DNA of 64,000 nt from Lama guanicoe. Lineage: Eukaryota. The stretch lies in assembly GCA_013239625.1 (NCBI GenBank), contig MU053995.1, forward strand, positions 310,001 through 374,000. The letters are read 5' to 3'. This document shows positions 41,100-53,846 of the stretch, piece by piece (within the stretch, counting starts at the first letter, position 1; each line of letters starts with the position of its first letter). A program made the position numbers and the translations under genes. The notes beneath the pieces were generated by a model. The model saw only the letters and a list, made by a program, of their open reading frames with translations, made no database searches and had not been told where the DNA came from.

Positions 41100-42480
41100 C
41101 GAGTCCAGGTGCTTGGGAAGCCATTCACCCCAACCGCTATTGAATGGTTACAAATTGAGGAGAAAGCGCGCGGTGGGGACTGATTCGACAGCTCAGATGA
41201 AATGCAACAGAAACAAGAGCCAGTCACGGGTGACAGTCACGAAAGGTGGCGCTGCTGCCGAGCGCCAGTAGCCGGAAAGCCCATCATGGCGGCGAGGGCA
41301 ATGGCCGCCGTGGGGAGCGAACACGCCCCCTCCGCGCGCACACGCTGCCGTACCGGGCCTTCGGGGCCCTCACCGGATCCGCTACCGCCGGTGCCCGCTC
41401 TCTAACCCCACCTCACGGGCTGTAGCGGAATTTTTTGTCCAAACGCCGCCTTTAAGATGGCGCCTCCCCCTCCAGGCAACTCCTCCTGGCAACCCCTCCC
41501 AACAGTTCTCTACACCAGGCGTAAATCCGCCATCATCTTGTCCCCCGTCCCTCCCCTCCCCGCCGATATTTACATAGCGAAAAACGGCCTGGCCGGCTGC
41601 GGCCTTCACCGCACGCTTGCAGCCCTCAACTTCTTGCCAGGCCTCGCCCCCGCGCGGTGCCCCGGGTAGGCCGCGACGCCCAACCAGGGCCCCCCGGCCG
41701 CCTCCGGGGCCAACGGGAGACCCTTCCCCTGATCCCGACAGATATGAGAGCTCGCCTAAGTCGCCGCTCGGGGCAGCCGGGCTTCTCCCTGGCCTAATTG
41801 CGGCCTGCTCGGCGCTAGGCGCCACACGGCCCGGCCTACCGCGGAAGGGCGCCATGCGGGCCGCCGCCAAGGCCAGGACCAGGCCCCTCCGCGCGCGTTA
41901 GGCCCCGCGGCGGCGACCGCTCCCCAAACTCACCGGACCGGAGTATGGACGGTCGGCGACGGTGGCGGGTGCTGCAGGCCGGCCTTTCTCTGAAGCACTG
42001 GCCCAGGCTCCGGCTGGTGGGGCGGGCGGAGAGAGGGAGGAGGGGCCGAGTTCGTAGCTGACAAAAAGCGGCCCAGCTCCCCGGCACGGGCCCGCCGTCA
42101 GCACGTCACGTCACCGCCCGGGAGAGAGACCCAGGAAAATGCGGAAGGGTAGATAGGCCCCCTCCTTCGCCCGGTGTGTCCCTCGGCGTCTCGGGTCGAA
42201 GCCGCTCAGGCCCCGCGACTGGGGAGCCCAGTGGCCTCGCTGCGGCGGGGTCTCTCGCGGACCTAGTGACAACGTTCTTTTCTACGCCTCCGCGCGCCCG
42301 TCCGCTTCCGCGGCATACGCGCCAATGCCGCTGCCTCGGCCGTAAAGCCAGCGCGGAACCGAAGTCCGTCGACCCCGCTGAGAGGCAGGCGGCCCGCACC
42401 TGGCCCGACTCGGGTTCTACCCGGAGTCCTATCGTGCTTCCGCGCCGGTCTTCGCCGAGGTGCCTGGTCGAGTTCTTTGC
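41100..42480. promoter_or_regulatory. CpG island / TATA-less ZFY promoter
   Basis: The only GC- and CpG-rich segment of the window. Three CGTCA CRE half-sites at 42096-42113, GC boxes, ETS-like CTTCCG/CGGAA, and YY1-like AAGATGGCG at 41454-41462. Confidence 0.92.
41934..42095 (-). other. ZFY: Non-coding first exon of ZFY (TSS approximate)
   Basis: Donor TCCG|GTGAGT at 41934/41933 inside the CpG island. Sequence GCTTTTTGTCAGCT..CAGAGAAAGGCCGGCCTGCAGCACCCGCCACCGTCGCC resembles the recalled ZFX/ZFY exon 1. Confidence 0.75.
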
Positions 42481-44229
42481 AAGTTGTTAGACCCTTGCTC
42501 TGTATTCTTCATCCCTGTTGCTGTAGAAGATGGAAAAAAATTGAAATAAAACGAAAATAGACTTCCTACCCTAAATGCGTTTGGGCAACAGAAGAAGTTA
42601 TTCTAGAATAACTACTGAACCGTTTAATACTTAAAAATTGAGACCTCAACTGACCTGAACGTAATGTGGGAAAGGGTTAAACTCTGAAAATCGTTTTGAA
42701 CATTTCAGTGAAAAAAATTTGTAACATATAGTGAATTTAATATGAGCTGCTGTTTGAGGACTTGCGACCCTTTTGAAATATGTCTTGTGTATTTGTTTCA
42801 TAAGTAATGCGTTTTTCTGTTTCCTCATTCTGTAATATACTTACATACTGGCAGAATTGTGTGTACATTAAAAAAAATAAAATAAAAAACCCGCATAACC
42901 AGCAGTTTGAAGGTTAAATAGTCTTTAAAGGGAAAGGAAAATGTTGTTTGATTGACGGACACTTATCAGCTCTAAAAGCATGTATTTTGGTTTTATCCTT
43001 TTAAATTTCTAACCTCTTTCTATGCTTAACTAGGGATCTAAACTTTTTATGATACTACTAAAAAGTCAGTGTGGTCTTAGTCTGCATGAATCTGGAATCT
43101 AACATTATACTCGCCAATATAGACCTAAATAATAAAGGCTTTTTAAAATAACAATACAAAATGTATAAAGCCAATAGAATGCTGGTAAAGAAATCTCTTC
43201 AAATTTGGGGCCCAGATACTTTAGTTTCCATCATACGTATTCTCAAAACTCCCAGTGCGGTTTGTACTTCTCTCATGTGCCTTAAAATCATGAAGTGCTT
43301 TAGAAAAACAAGGGTATAGTTAGAAATAATCTCTGGGAAAGTATCTGGATGATCATTTTCCTCTCGTTAGCTTGGGTTTTTTTTCCCAAGTGAGTAAATT
43401 TTGTTTTGGAAATCACAAAAGACAACATATCTTTATTGTTTACAGAAAATTGCAAAAGGCTGTGATAGAAAAGACATACAGAAGACCTATTTCAAGAAGG
43501 TTGCAAGTCCTCAAACACATACTTCATGGGAAGGTAAATAAAACATATTTTTCAAGTGAAAAAGAACTAGCTTAATTCAAAAATAGTTAACATAATTTCA
43601 AAATAATGACAACTAGTGTATAAATATTTTTCAAAGGCCTAATTTACTGCTACGGTATATTAAGAAGGGGTCTGGCATCACCCTGTGAACTGTAGCACCA
43701 TGATCAGAACACAAAATCTTACGTCAGTATCCCCCCAAATAGTAGTAAGACCATAAGTATAAAGCACTTAAGAAAACTGGCCATACAGGATAAAGGTAAA
43801 AGATGTTTCCTAATTTCAAAAGTGAGTAGTAGACACAGATATTTTTAAAATAGCCTTTAACATTGTATTTCATACATAAGACTCAACCTTTGATAGGATA
43901 CAAGTGAGGGACAGCCTAATATTTGTCAAATAAATCTTTACTAGAATTCAAGAAAGATTATTCCACAGATGACTGTATAGATGAAATTAACTATGTTGCA
44001 TTAGCTTTTTTAAAAATGGAAAATCATTGTATTTCAAATACATTTATGGATGGCAGCAAAGAAATACCAGTATATGACAAGTCATTTTACTCTAAGTACA
44101 TATAGATAGAAATATAGAATACTCATAATAAAATGACTAAGTATAAATACCACATGTGTGAAATTGTTTGGTATTATAAAATACAAAAATAGTTTCAGTA
44201 AGACATTTAATACCATCCTGAGATCATCC

Positions 44230-44962
44230 AAAGCTTTTAAATGATCTTCTATATCCTATGTAAGGATAGGGCAAGGACCTACAAAATTCTGGGCGCAGAG
44301 AGTAACAGAGATGTGCTTGGTGTTTGCCTTTATGGAACTCCACATAAGAAACTGCCCAACAGAGTAACATTATAAAGTGCTTTCATTTTGTCAAAGAAAT
44401 ACACAAAGGGAAAATTCAGAGAGATTGAGAGCAGAATCTTTTAAACGCATATGCTGTCAAAACAGAATGTCTCCTTTCAAAGCACAGTACTTACTACTAC
44501 TAAAATGTATCTGTTCTTCAGAGCTGTTATTGTATATCAGACAGCAATACACTAAAAAATATCAAACATTGGATACTGTTTTAATAAGGTAACAAAAACA
44601 GCATGAGTAAAGGACAATATGAAGTCTTTTCCATCTTTGTCCAAAGAAGAACCAGGGCATACTTCAATTCTCTGCCAAGAAATGTCTTCAGCAAAATATC
44701 TAAGTTCACCACTCAAAAAACTAAAATGCAATTCAGCCAAATCATTTAGCACTTTTTAAGAAGTATCACCTTTCCTCCAGTTTCCAGCATCTATAACCTC
44801 ACCAGAGAAATTTTATTATCCATATTTCAACCAACAGTCTCTTCAAGGCAATCTAGACTTTATAACATGGATCTCAAAGCTTTTTCAGATTCTATTCACA
44901 AAAGATGATTCCACATGTTTAAGATTTATTATAGCAACACACCATTTCTCACTATCCAATAG
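44230..44962 (-). mobile_element. MaLR-like (MLT1-int) internal sequence
   Basis: Minus strand ..ctagattgccttgaagagactgttgg..ctggaaactggaggaaagg..ttggctgaattg matches the recalled MLT-int 5' end. Confidence 0.7.
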
Positions 44963-44985
44963 CTGTATTACTCAGTGTTCTCCAC

Positions 44986-47900
44986 TCTTGACCTATAGCA
45001 AAGGGACTGCCAGTTATTTCTCCAGGAGAGGAAAAAACAAAAACAGCGTTTTATTCCAGATCACCAAAGAACTGCAGTTCAGAGCCTGCAACAATGGTGA
45101 GCCACATATGAGTCCCAGTACAGCAAGGTAAGAATATTTTATAGAGAGGAAAAGGAAATTGGGAGGGCTGTAGTAAACAGAGTCCATGACTTTTCATTGC
45201 CTGTGTTCTTGCTAGGAAAGAAGAGGAGAACATGAGAGTTCCCGAATCTGCTCCCTCACCTTTGTTTAACTGACCTTTCTATTAAAATATTACATTTCTC
45301 CCCCCTCATCCCTTAATCAAGATTTTCCTTTGAATGCATTGCTGATCAAAAGTCAGTTTTCCAGTTTCCTGACATTTCATCCCTCAGTTCCAGAAAGGAT
45401 CTTTCCTAGTGTGCTTTCTTAAATCATAGGGGAAAGTGTACAGATTAGAACCTATTGAACTCACATCTGAGCAACGAGGGTAGGAAGGAAAATTCTTAGG
45501 CATTTTTTATCTAAAGTTCATGTTATCTAGATTATAGACATTGCAGACCATCTAAAGTGTTATGTCTTCATTGAGGTTTGGTGACAAACTTCCAACAGGC
45601 CTGGTCTGGATGTCTTGGGAAAACTCTGCTCTCCTTCACTTTTGGGAAATCTTTACTTTCAGGCTACCAGATGATGTACAGTTCCATTCAGGGTTTGGTG
45701 CTTTTTTACATGTGTCCCTTGAACCAAAGAGCCTATTCACTGGAGTTTGTTTCCACAGTGTTGGTTAGCTGTACTTGATACTCCTTTCCATCAAGGTTGA
45801 AGAGAGTCTTTCTGAAGGTATCTTTTCCAATAGAAAAAAATCTCCAAGTTGCAACTTGTGATGCTTAATGTCTTCAAAGGTCTTGGGAGCATGAGTGCAC
45901 TGAGAAAAGATTCCTCTACAAACCATGGCTATTTTACGGTTTTGCAATATTGGAGTATCTCTTCTTTTCCAGTTGTAGTTCAAAAGTGGCAGGGCTTTGG
46001 GTGTACTGTCACTGTCTCAAAGGGTGAGAGTTTATGAATTCCAAAATGGGTGGGTCTGAGATTTAGAAGGACCAACAGCAATGCTTCTGGCCAAGGTATC
46101 TGGGGGAGGGGAGGCTTTCCAAAATTTGCCAATTGTGTGAAAAATCTTAGTGCGCTCAACTAGACCAAAGGATTGAGGATGTAAGCACAATGAAAGTGTT
46201 GTAAAACAAGACAAGGAGCACAGACTTGTCCCAGAACCTGGCTAGTAAAATGAGTTTCTTAATACTATGAAGTTCAAAAGGAGTCCCCTAGGTAGGAATA
46301 ATCTTTCCAAAAGGGCTTTACACACAGTAGTTTGTCCACAAAGGAAACTTCAAATCAGTGTGAAAACATACAGACTGAATCTATTTATGTATGTGAGATG
46401 GAGTAAATTATACAAAATCCATTTCCCAGACTTTGACTGGTCCATTGGACAGTTTAAACTGTGTAGAAGCAGTATGAACAGGCTATATTTCAAACAAATG
46501 AGATAAGTGAGCTGGGTAATTTTTGCAGCCTTGTTAATTTTCACCACCAATATTGGTTTGTGAATGCTATCAGTCTGTCAGTAGACCAATGGTCTATCAT
46601 GCTGAGTAGTTGGAATTTTAGAATTGTTATTTGGTCTAAGCCAGAGCATTCTAACTTTCTTTTTTAAAAAATGAAGCCAGTTGTTGAGTTTCCAGTCCTT
46701 TTTTTCTTTTTATGAGGCCAATTTTTGGACTTCTCAAGTCAGTTTTCCAACATATTATTTGAGGAAATCTCTCTTTGAATCATAACAGAGGTCTGGCTGC
46801 TGTTAGTTCCCTTGAGGAGAACATTCTCTGTCAAAATGTCAGCAAGGTGACTTCCCTTAGATTCCAGACAGCAGGTTTAGAATGCCTTGGAATCTCAATA
46901 GCTAAAGCAGCAGATAAAATATTGCATTCAATTATTAGTGGACATAGGGACCATTTAAAATTTTAATTTTACTGTAAGTAACATTAAAAAACCATGTTGT
47001 CTCCACAAACTTCCAAAATCATGCACTACTCCAAAAGCATTATCTACCATTAGTATAAATATTGGCAGTTTTGTCCTTGGCTAAAGTACAAGCCTGTGTA
47101 AGAACTATGTATCAACCTGCTGGGCTCAAGTAGCCATAGGTAAAGATTCTGCCTCAACATCAAAAAGAGTTGCAATAGCATCCCATGCACAATACTTGCC
47201 ATTGTCACATTTTAAATAAGAACCATCAGTGAATTATGAGAAATCAAAATTACCCAATGGAACTTCCTGTAGATATTCACAAGGAGCCAGCAGTAAGCAA
47301 TCATGGGTGATTTCATCAGTGAGAAAACAAAGAAGTTTCAGGCTTAGTTATTACAATGTAAAAGAATTATGTGTGGGGCAGTAAACAAAGGGACAAAGAT
47401 TTCATAGGAGGGGAGATGAATAAGAAATGTTGAGGGTGATGAGAATTCTGAAGAATGCATAAGGTACGAAAATAATTAAAAAGAATTTCAGAACTATTTT
47501 GTTAGTTGCCTTACCCTAAAAAGCAGTGGCAGTAATATCCCTAAGACAAGGCAGTAGGGTGTAGTGGTGTGTGGGTATGTGGGTATGTATCCTTAGACTG
47601 CTGGTCCAGTTGCTGGCTATGATATGGGTCCATGATGGTCTTGTGTATTTAGATGACTATCCCAAGGACATGTCCTTCCTTTTTATACACAAAAAGTAAA
47701 AGGGAAATTTAATAATTGGGATTCCGAACAATAGGTGGATTCTTATCTTTTTAGGACTAGAATAGTACGTCATCTGGTTCTTTTCATAAAACAGAGTCAG
47801 GATTGTTATCCTTTGGTAGACATCTGCCCATAAGAGAGAAATTTGAAATCCAGTTTCAGCACTAACTAACTGGCCAGAGAAAAATCCGTATTTGGCAGTT

Positions 47901-50048
47901 AGTTTTGGGTTTTGGGAAACTTAGAACATCATGAAGCCTTTCTGGATCCAAGTGCAGCCCTTATTCCAGTATCAGATGCTCTAAATATTGAAACTGGGAT
48001 GTGCCAAACTGCAATTTTTCTTTGGCAACCTTATGTCTCTTAAGGCTAAAAGCTTTAGCAGGCAAATGCTATATTTCTGTGAGGGGGCATGGGAAGCCTA
48101 GGAAAGAAGAGTTGGCCATGTATTTTTACAAAGTGGATCCTCTAGGGAAGTTTATACCACCTAGATCAGCCTTCAGGATTTGTGAGAAATAAGAAGCAAC
48201 TGTAACAGTCATGAATAGGTTCACCAGATTTTGTGTGCACGCCTTTGGAAAAGCCCTAGGAATTTCTCTATGCAATCACCGAGTGATTACCTGAGAGTCT
48301 GATTATGTAATAAGTTAGTGAACTGCTCTCATGTGATAGATTCTAGAAAACTTTCATTAGTTTCCCAATTAGTTTTTCATGCAGTGCTGAGCTTGGCCTT
48401 CACCAATGAGCCTATGAACAGCTGATATAAGTCAGAGAAAGCATACTGATAAGTTTTAGTAAATATAAAATTCCTCAGTGAACCTGTAAGGATATTCAGT
48501 TACTTCAGGAAAATCTCTGACTGTGGCTCACAGATAAGGGCTGAGGCTCTGGATTCTAAGAAAGCTTAATTTTAAATGGAAAGGTTCTGATAGATACAGA
48601 GGTAAAGGGGTGAGGTAGGGAGGGTTTCAGGGAAAAGGTAAGTTTGGTGAGCGAATGAGTATAGAGATTTGAGGGCATAGTGGAGGTATGGGGAGGGGGA
48701 GAGAAGAAAAGTAGGAAAATGGCACTAGAGGCAGGGCCTGAGACAAAGGAGGCAAGGAAGAGGAGCCTGAGGCTTTCAGAGCCATTTTCTCTTTTTTTGT
48801 CATTTGTTTGCCTCAGGTAATCTTAAAATCTCATTTTGCTGAGAGTAATTTATAAGATCCTGATAACTTCTGGGAGCTCAAAATACCATATGAAACAGGC
48901 ATTCCATTGAATTCTGAAAATTTTAGAGCTATTATAGTAGAATTCCATTTTGGGAAAACTAAGTTTGACGATTTCAAATGTTCTCCCTGCTGGCCATTGA
49001 TGTTCTCAATTGCTTTTGGTTAGGTCAGTCCACTTAGTTAGAAATGCACAGGAGGTTTTTAAAGATAAAATTGACAAGTGTGACAGAGGAGAATGCCCTC
49101 AAAATATTTAAATAACCTGCATCCCATTTCTCAAATGTGTTTCTCTAGAGTGAAAAAATAACTTTTAAACAGTCTTCACAGTTCAAATAGCTTAGAGCTC
49201 AAAGAATTAAAACAACCTGAACAGCCCAAATAGGTTACATATCTCATACAGCTTAAAATCCAAACAGCATAAACAGTTCAAGTCTCCCAAGCAACCCCAG
49301 GTCTAATACTAGTCAGTTGTCAGGGATCCCAGAGGAGCCAATTCGAAAGTGTCTCTGCAGAGTTCCCATAGAAAATCACAAATGAAAAAGGAATGGGCTA
49401 AACGTTGAACAAATCCAGTTCCAGTGAAACAGTCTGAATTCAATAGCAGACCAAAGTGCTAGTCAACTGCCTGCTTGCAGACAAAACAGGCATTAACCAG
49501 AAAGGCCAAAACTTTCCAACAAAGCCTGGAGAGCTTCAAATGGAAAGACAACGTAAGTGTGGATCTAGTACAAAAACCCACCTTCAAACTCCAAGGTTGG
49601 TGATAAAAGCAGTGAGCAACAATTAATTGAGTGTGTACACTGTCCCTCTTTGATCATCAGTTATGGAGCCATAATGGATCTTCTTTGGTCTCTAAACAGC
49701 CCACCAAGATATTGACTCTCCCCTAACCCTGACAGAGTAGAAGCAGACTACCAGCTATTTCTCCAACAAAGCTGGGCTTGTTTGAAATCATCAAAGAATT
49801 GAAAATCAGGGTCTGCAACTGTGGGTGAGCAACTGTGTAAGCACCTCTACAGCAAGGGAGGCAGAATGTGAAGTTGGAAGGGCTGTAATAAACAAGAATC
49901 CTTGCTTTCTAACTGGCTTAGCACTTACCAGGAAAGAATAGGACTCACTTCTTCCTGTTGGACTCTCCTATCCTCACAAAGTGTGAGTGTTCCCTTCTGG
50001 CCCTCAGCTCCATTTAATGGAGGCTTCAGTTTATCAACTTTGTATATA
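44986..50048 (-). mobile_element. ERV1-class provirus, internally deleted: 5'LTR ~49711-50048, gag, partial RT, RNase H, integrase, PPT, 3'LTR ~44986-45294
   Basis: Two related LTRs. PPT GAGGGGGGAGAAA|TGTAA at ~45295-45307. PBS-like TGGTGG at ~49700-49706. RNase H FTDGSY/ANIYT ~47000-47235. Integrase THFTSQV and HPQSFGLVERT ~46150-46260. No env seen. Confidence 0.85.
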
Positions 50049-50069
50049 CTAAAAAAAAAGAAAAAGAAA

Positions 50070-50409
50070 AAGAAAACAACCACCAGAAGCAACAGGTGGT
50101 AAAGAGTGAGAAAGTGAGGCAGAGACAGAGACAAAGAAAGATAGATTTATTTTGGAGATAACTCAGGAGGTGGTGGAGCCATGGCAAGTTCAAAATCAGC
50201 AGGGTAGGTCATAGTTTGAGTCTGCAGGCAGCCTTTCCTTCTTCAGGCCTTAAATGACACAAGCCCATCCACATTATGCAGGGTAATCTTTACCAAAAAT
50301 TTTAATCTCATTCGAAGCAACATCTTCTCAGAAACATCTCAAATGATGTTGGACAAAGGATCTGGGTACTCTCTCATAGCCAAGTTGACACATAAAAGTA
50401 ACCATCACA
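50070..50409 (-). mobile_element. MLT2-type (ERVL) LTR, main part; its last ~20 bp lie at 44964-44985
   Basis: Ends ..agccaagttgacacataaaagtaaccatcaca; other end tgtattactcagtgttctcca. Confidence 0.8.
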
Positions 50410-51114
50410 CTAAGTATATAAAAGTTAATCATTTACCTCACACTATAATCAAGTTGCACCTTCTAATTTGTATCCATAAAAAAAAAAAAAAAACCAATGA
50501 TAAATTTTAGCCTCATGTTTAAGCCACACATGTTCTGAAATAAAATTAATTTAACATAATGACTGCCAACTAGGTGATTTTCATGTACTATTTTTCACAC
50601 CGGTTGAATAACATTTAATTAATTTCTGAAAATCACCACTAGCTGAATTATATTTTATGATTATAAGTCACAAGAGATGGCAAACCAGCACTAGTAAGTA
50701 AGTAAAAATCAATATATGAAGCCTAGAAAAATGACCAATAGCAATAAGCACAACAAATCATAACAAAGTAAACAAAACCAGATCACTTATACTTAAGAGC
50801 AACAGTGCTCAAATTACCAAAGAAACTATGTTGGTAAAAGATGCAGATTCCTAGGCTCAAACTCCTAGGGCCAAGAATCAATCATTTAACAAATAGTACA
50901 AATGGCCCAAACATAAAGAATACTGAAAAATATTAGCAGATGTTATAAATCAAACTTTGTCCGCATTTTATAAGACTTCCTCTTGGAGTATAAAGAGGTA
51001 AAATTTCTGGATTTGGCACTTTTGGCTATACCATACTAATAGAAACACTAATATTCATTCCATTCAGTAGAATAAGATGGTTTGTACTTCCTTATACCTT
51101 GGCTAGTCTTTTCA

Positions 51115-51405
51115 GTTCTTTTTCAGGGTGAGGGGTTCATATTTTTGTTGGAGGCCACAAAAGGGAACTCCTCTCAGTCAATGAAAGTGCTCACAGTTTG
51201 TTCAGCCACTCTAAGCTTGTGCCTTAGGGATCTTGGAAGTTGCTGGTCACACTGGACATGTTCCCATCATTTCGGAGAGGCACTGTGTAGTTGTAGGATA
51301 TGGCCAGGTTGAACAGGATGGCATATTTGGTATGGGAGATGAAGGGAGTGATATAGTCATGACAATTTTGATCTCAGTGACGGCCTCTTTGGCCAATTCT
51401 TGATG
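51115..51405 (-). pseudogene. NDUFA3: NDUFA3 processed pseudogene, decayed
   Basis: Minus strand reads ...PFISHTKYAILFNLAISYNYTVPLRNDGNMSSVTSNFQDP*GTSLEWLNKL*, compared with NDUFA3 ...[34 protein letters not shown]. Intronless, premature TAA at 51226-51224, stop at 51193-51191, 3'UTR with degenerate polyA signal (AACAAA) and an A-rich remnant. Confidence 0.88.
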
Positions 51406-52093
51406 TGCTCATATTTTTTTTTTAATTTAAATATAAATCTGATTGGCAAGAATTGTTGTTTTAATCTGGTAATCTTTGTATTTTCATTAGCTACATAGTT
51501 TCCCTATTCTAGAAATTACTTTAGAGTGAACTTTTCCCTTTTTATCTCTTGCATTGTTCTTTTCCTTACTATTTGTAGTAATATTTTATACATTATAAAT
51601 ATTAATCTCTTGTTGCTATATATTCCTTCTGTGCAAATGAAGTCTCCTAATTCTATTCAGGACTTTCCAGTTTTAATAGTAAAACTTTTGTCCCCTGTGA
51701 ACTTAATTAACCCCAAAGCAAGCCATGACAGTAGATCCCATAGCCACCTATATTCTATACTTGGTCTCATGCAGTTTTTCAAACTGAAATCAGAATAACC
51801 TGTCCACACTGAATTTCCAGATATTTTAATTTTATTTATCTGGGTGAAATCTCAGCCTAAGTGTATATGTATGTGTGTGTATATATTTATGTATATGTAT
51901 ATGTGTGTGTTTTTTAAAAGCTCCACCAGATTGTGTTTATGTACAACAAAGGAAAGAACCACAAATCTAGGGTGTTGCAATTAGAAGTGTTTGAGTGTAA
52001 CAGAACATAGGTACACTCCAAGTAGACTACTGTTTTGCAAAGTTCTTGTTTGATTTCATATTTTTGAAGGTATCTAACAGGTTACAAAATAAA

Positions 52094-52375
52094 CAGGCAT
52101 GCTTAGTTATTTTGCTCTTTATATATATAACATTTTTTAAGAAATTGTAGGTCTGTGGCAACCCTTTGGTCAATCAAGTTCTTATTGGTGCCATTTTTGC
52201 AACAGTATTTGCTCACTTTTTGTCTCTATATCACATTTTGATAATTTTTGAATATCTCAAACATTTTCATCATTATTATATTTGTTACAGTAATCTGTGA
52301 TCTTTGATATTATTATTGCAAAAAAAGATTACAATTCACTGAATACTCAGGTGACAGGTAGCATTTCTTAGCAAA
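52094..52375 (+). mobile_element. Short internally deleted Tigger1 derivative
   Basis: Tigger1 5' end (caggcatgc..ggtctgtggcaaccct) fused to 3'-region sequence (aaaaagattacaattcactgaa..tagcatttcttagc). Confidence 0.7.
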
Positions 52376-52379
52376 ACAT

Positions 52380-53650
52380 CCATATGCAAGAAAATGAATG
52401 TACACATAAACCTTACACTCAGCACAAAAATTGTCAGAAATAGGTCAGACACTAAATGTAAAATGCATAACAAAGCCAAAGTTCCTTGAAGAAAATACAT
52501 GAGAAAAAGTAGATGATCTTGTGTATGGTGATGATTTTTATATACAGCAGTGAAGGCACAATTTAAACAACTGATAAGCTGAACTTCACTAAAATTAAAA
52601 ATTTTTGCTATGCAAAAAAAAAAAAAAGACCGTTGTACAAAACACACAAAGAATTCTGTAAAACCAAAATAGGAAAATAAACAACCTGATTTAAAAATGG
52701 GCCAATGACCTTAACAGACACCTCACCAAGAAAATACAAAGGTGGCAAAAAAGCATATGAAAAATACTCAACATCACGTATCATAACAGAAAAATTCTTT
52801 AAAAATTAGATACCATTAGACAACTATTAGAATGGCTACAACCTAGAACACTGACAACAATAAATCTGGTAGGCAACAGAGAACTCTTCCTCACTGCTGA
52901 TGGGAATACAGGATGGTACAGCCACTGGGCTAGGAAGATTGGTGGTTTCTCAGAAAACTAAACACACTCTTACCATATGATCCAGCAATTGTGCTCCTCA
53001 GTACTTACTCAAAGAAGCTGAAACCTTATGTCCACACTAAAACCTGCAAGCAAATGTTTACAGCAGCTTTATTCATAATTGCCAATACCTGGAGAGAACA
53101 AAGACACCTTCAGTAAGTGAATGTGGCTCAGTTAACTTATCCATTCAGCACTAAAGTGAAATTAGCTACTAAGCTATGAAAAAACACGGAGGAACCTTAA
53201 ATGCATATTACTAAGTGAAAGAAGCCAATCAGAAAAGACTACATGCTGTATGATTAGCTCTACATATGACTCTATGATACTCTATGATACTGTGGAAATA
53301 GAAAAACTATGAATAAGATAGTAAACAGATTGCTCTTAGCCAGGGAGGATGGTGAAAGGAGAAGCAGATGGAGCATAGACAATTTTTAGGGCAGTGATAC
53401 TACTCTATATGATAGTGTAATAGTTAATAGATGTCAGTGTATGTTTGTAAAACCCATATAGAATGCACAACACCAAGAGTTAACCCTGATAAAAAAATGT
53501 AGACTTTGGGTGATGATGCATCAATGTAGGCTCATCAATTGTAATATATGTACCCTCTGTGGTAGAGAATGTCAGTAATGTGTGAGGCTGTGTATGTGTG
53601 GAGGCAGGAGATACTTGGGAAATCTCTGTACCTTCCTCTTAATTTTATTC
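52380..53650 (+). mobile_element. Old L1 (L1MC/MD-like) ORF2 end + 3'UTR
   Basis: ORF2 C-terminal phrases and L1MC-like 3'UTR (caacaccaagagttaaccct..gactttgggtgatgatg). Confidence 0.75.
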
Positions 53651-53846
53651 ATATTTGAAGAAGTAGGATGAAAAAAATCCACAATTTGATTAAAAGCAGG
53701 AATCTGTACAAGCTCAAAAAACATCAGACTGAATATATGCAGAGATCCTCACAAGGTATATTATAATCAAGTTCTAACAAAGCCAAAGCAGATTTTCAAA
53801 GTAGAGAAAGAGGAGAAGTTCCTCACGTATAAGAATTCCCAGTAAG

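Noticed and set aside
41039..42490. Many overlapping Arg/Pro/Gly-rich ORFs on both strands
   Set aside because: Expected from stop-poor CpG-island composition; no recognisable protein
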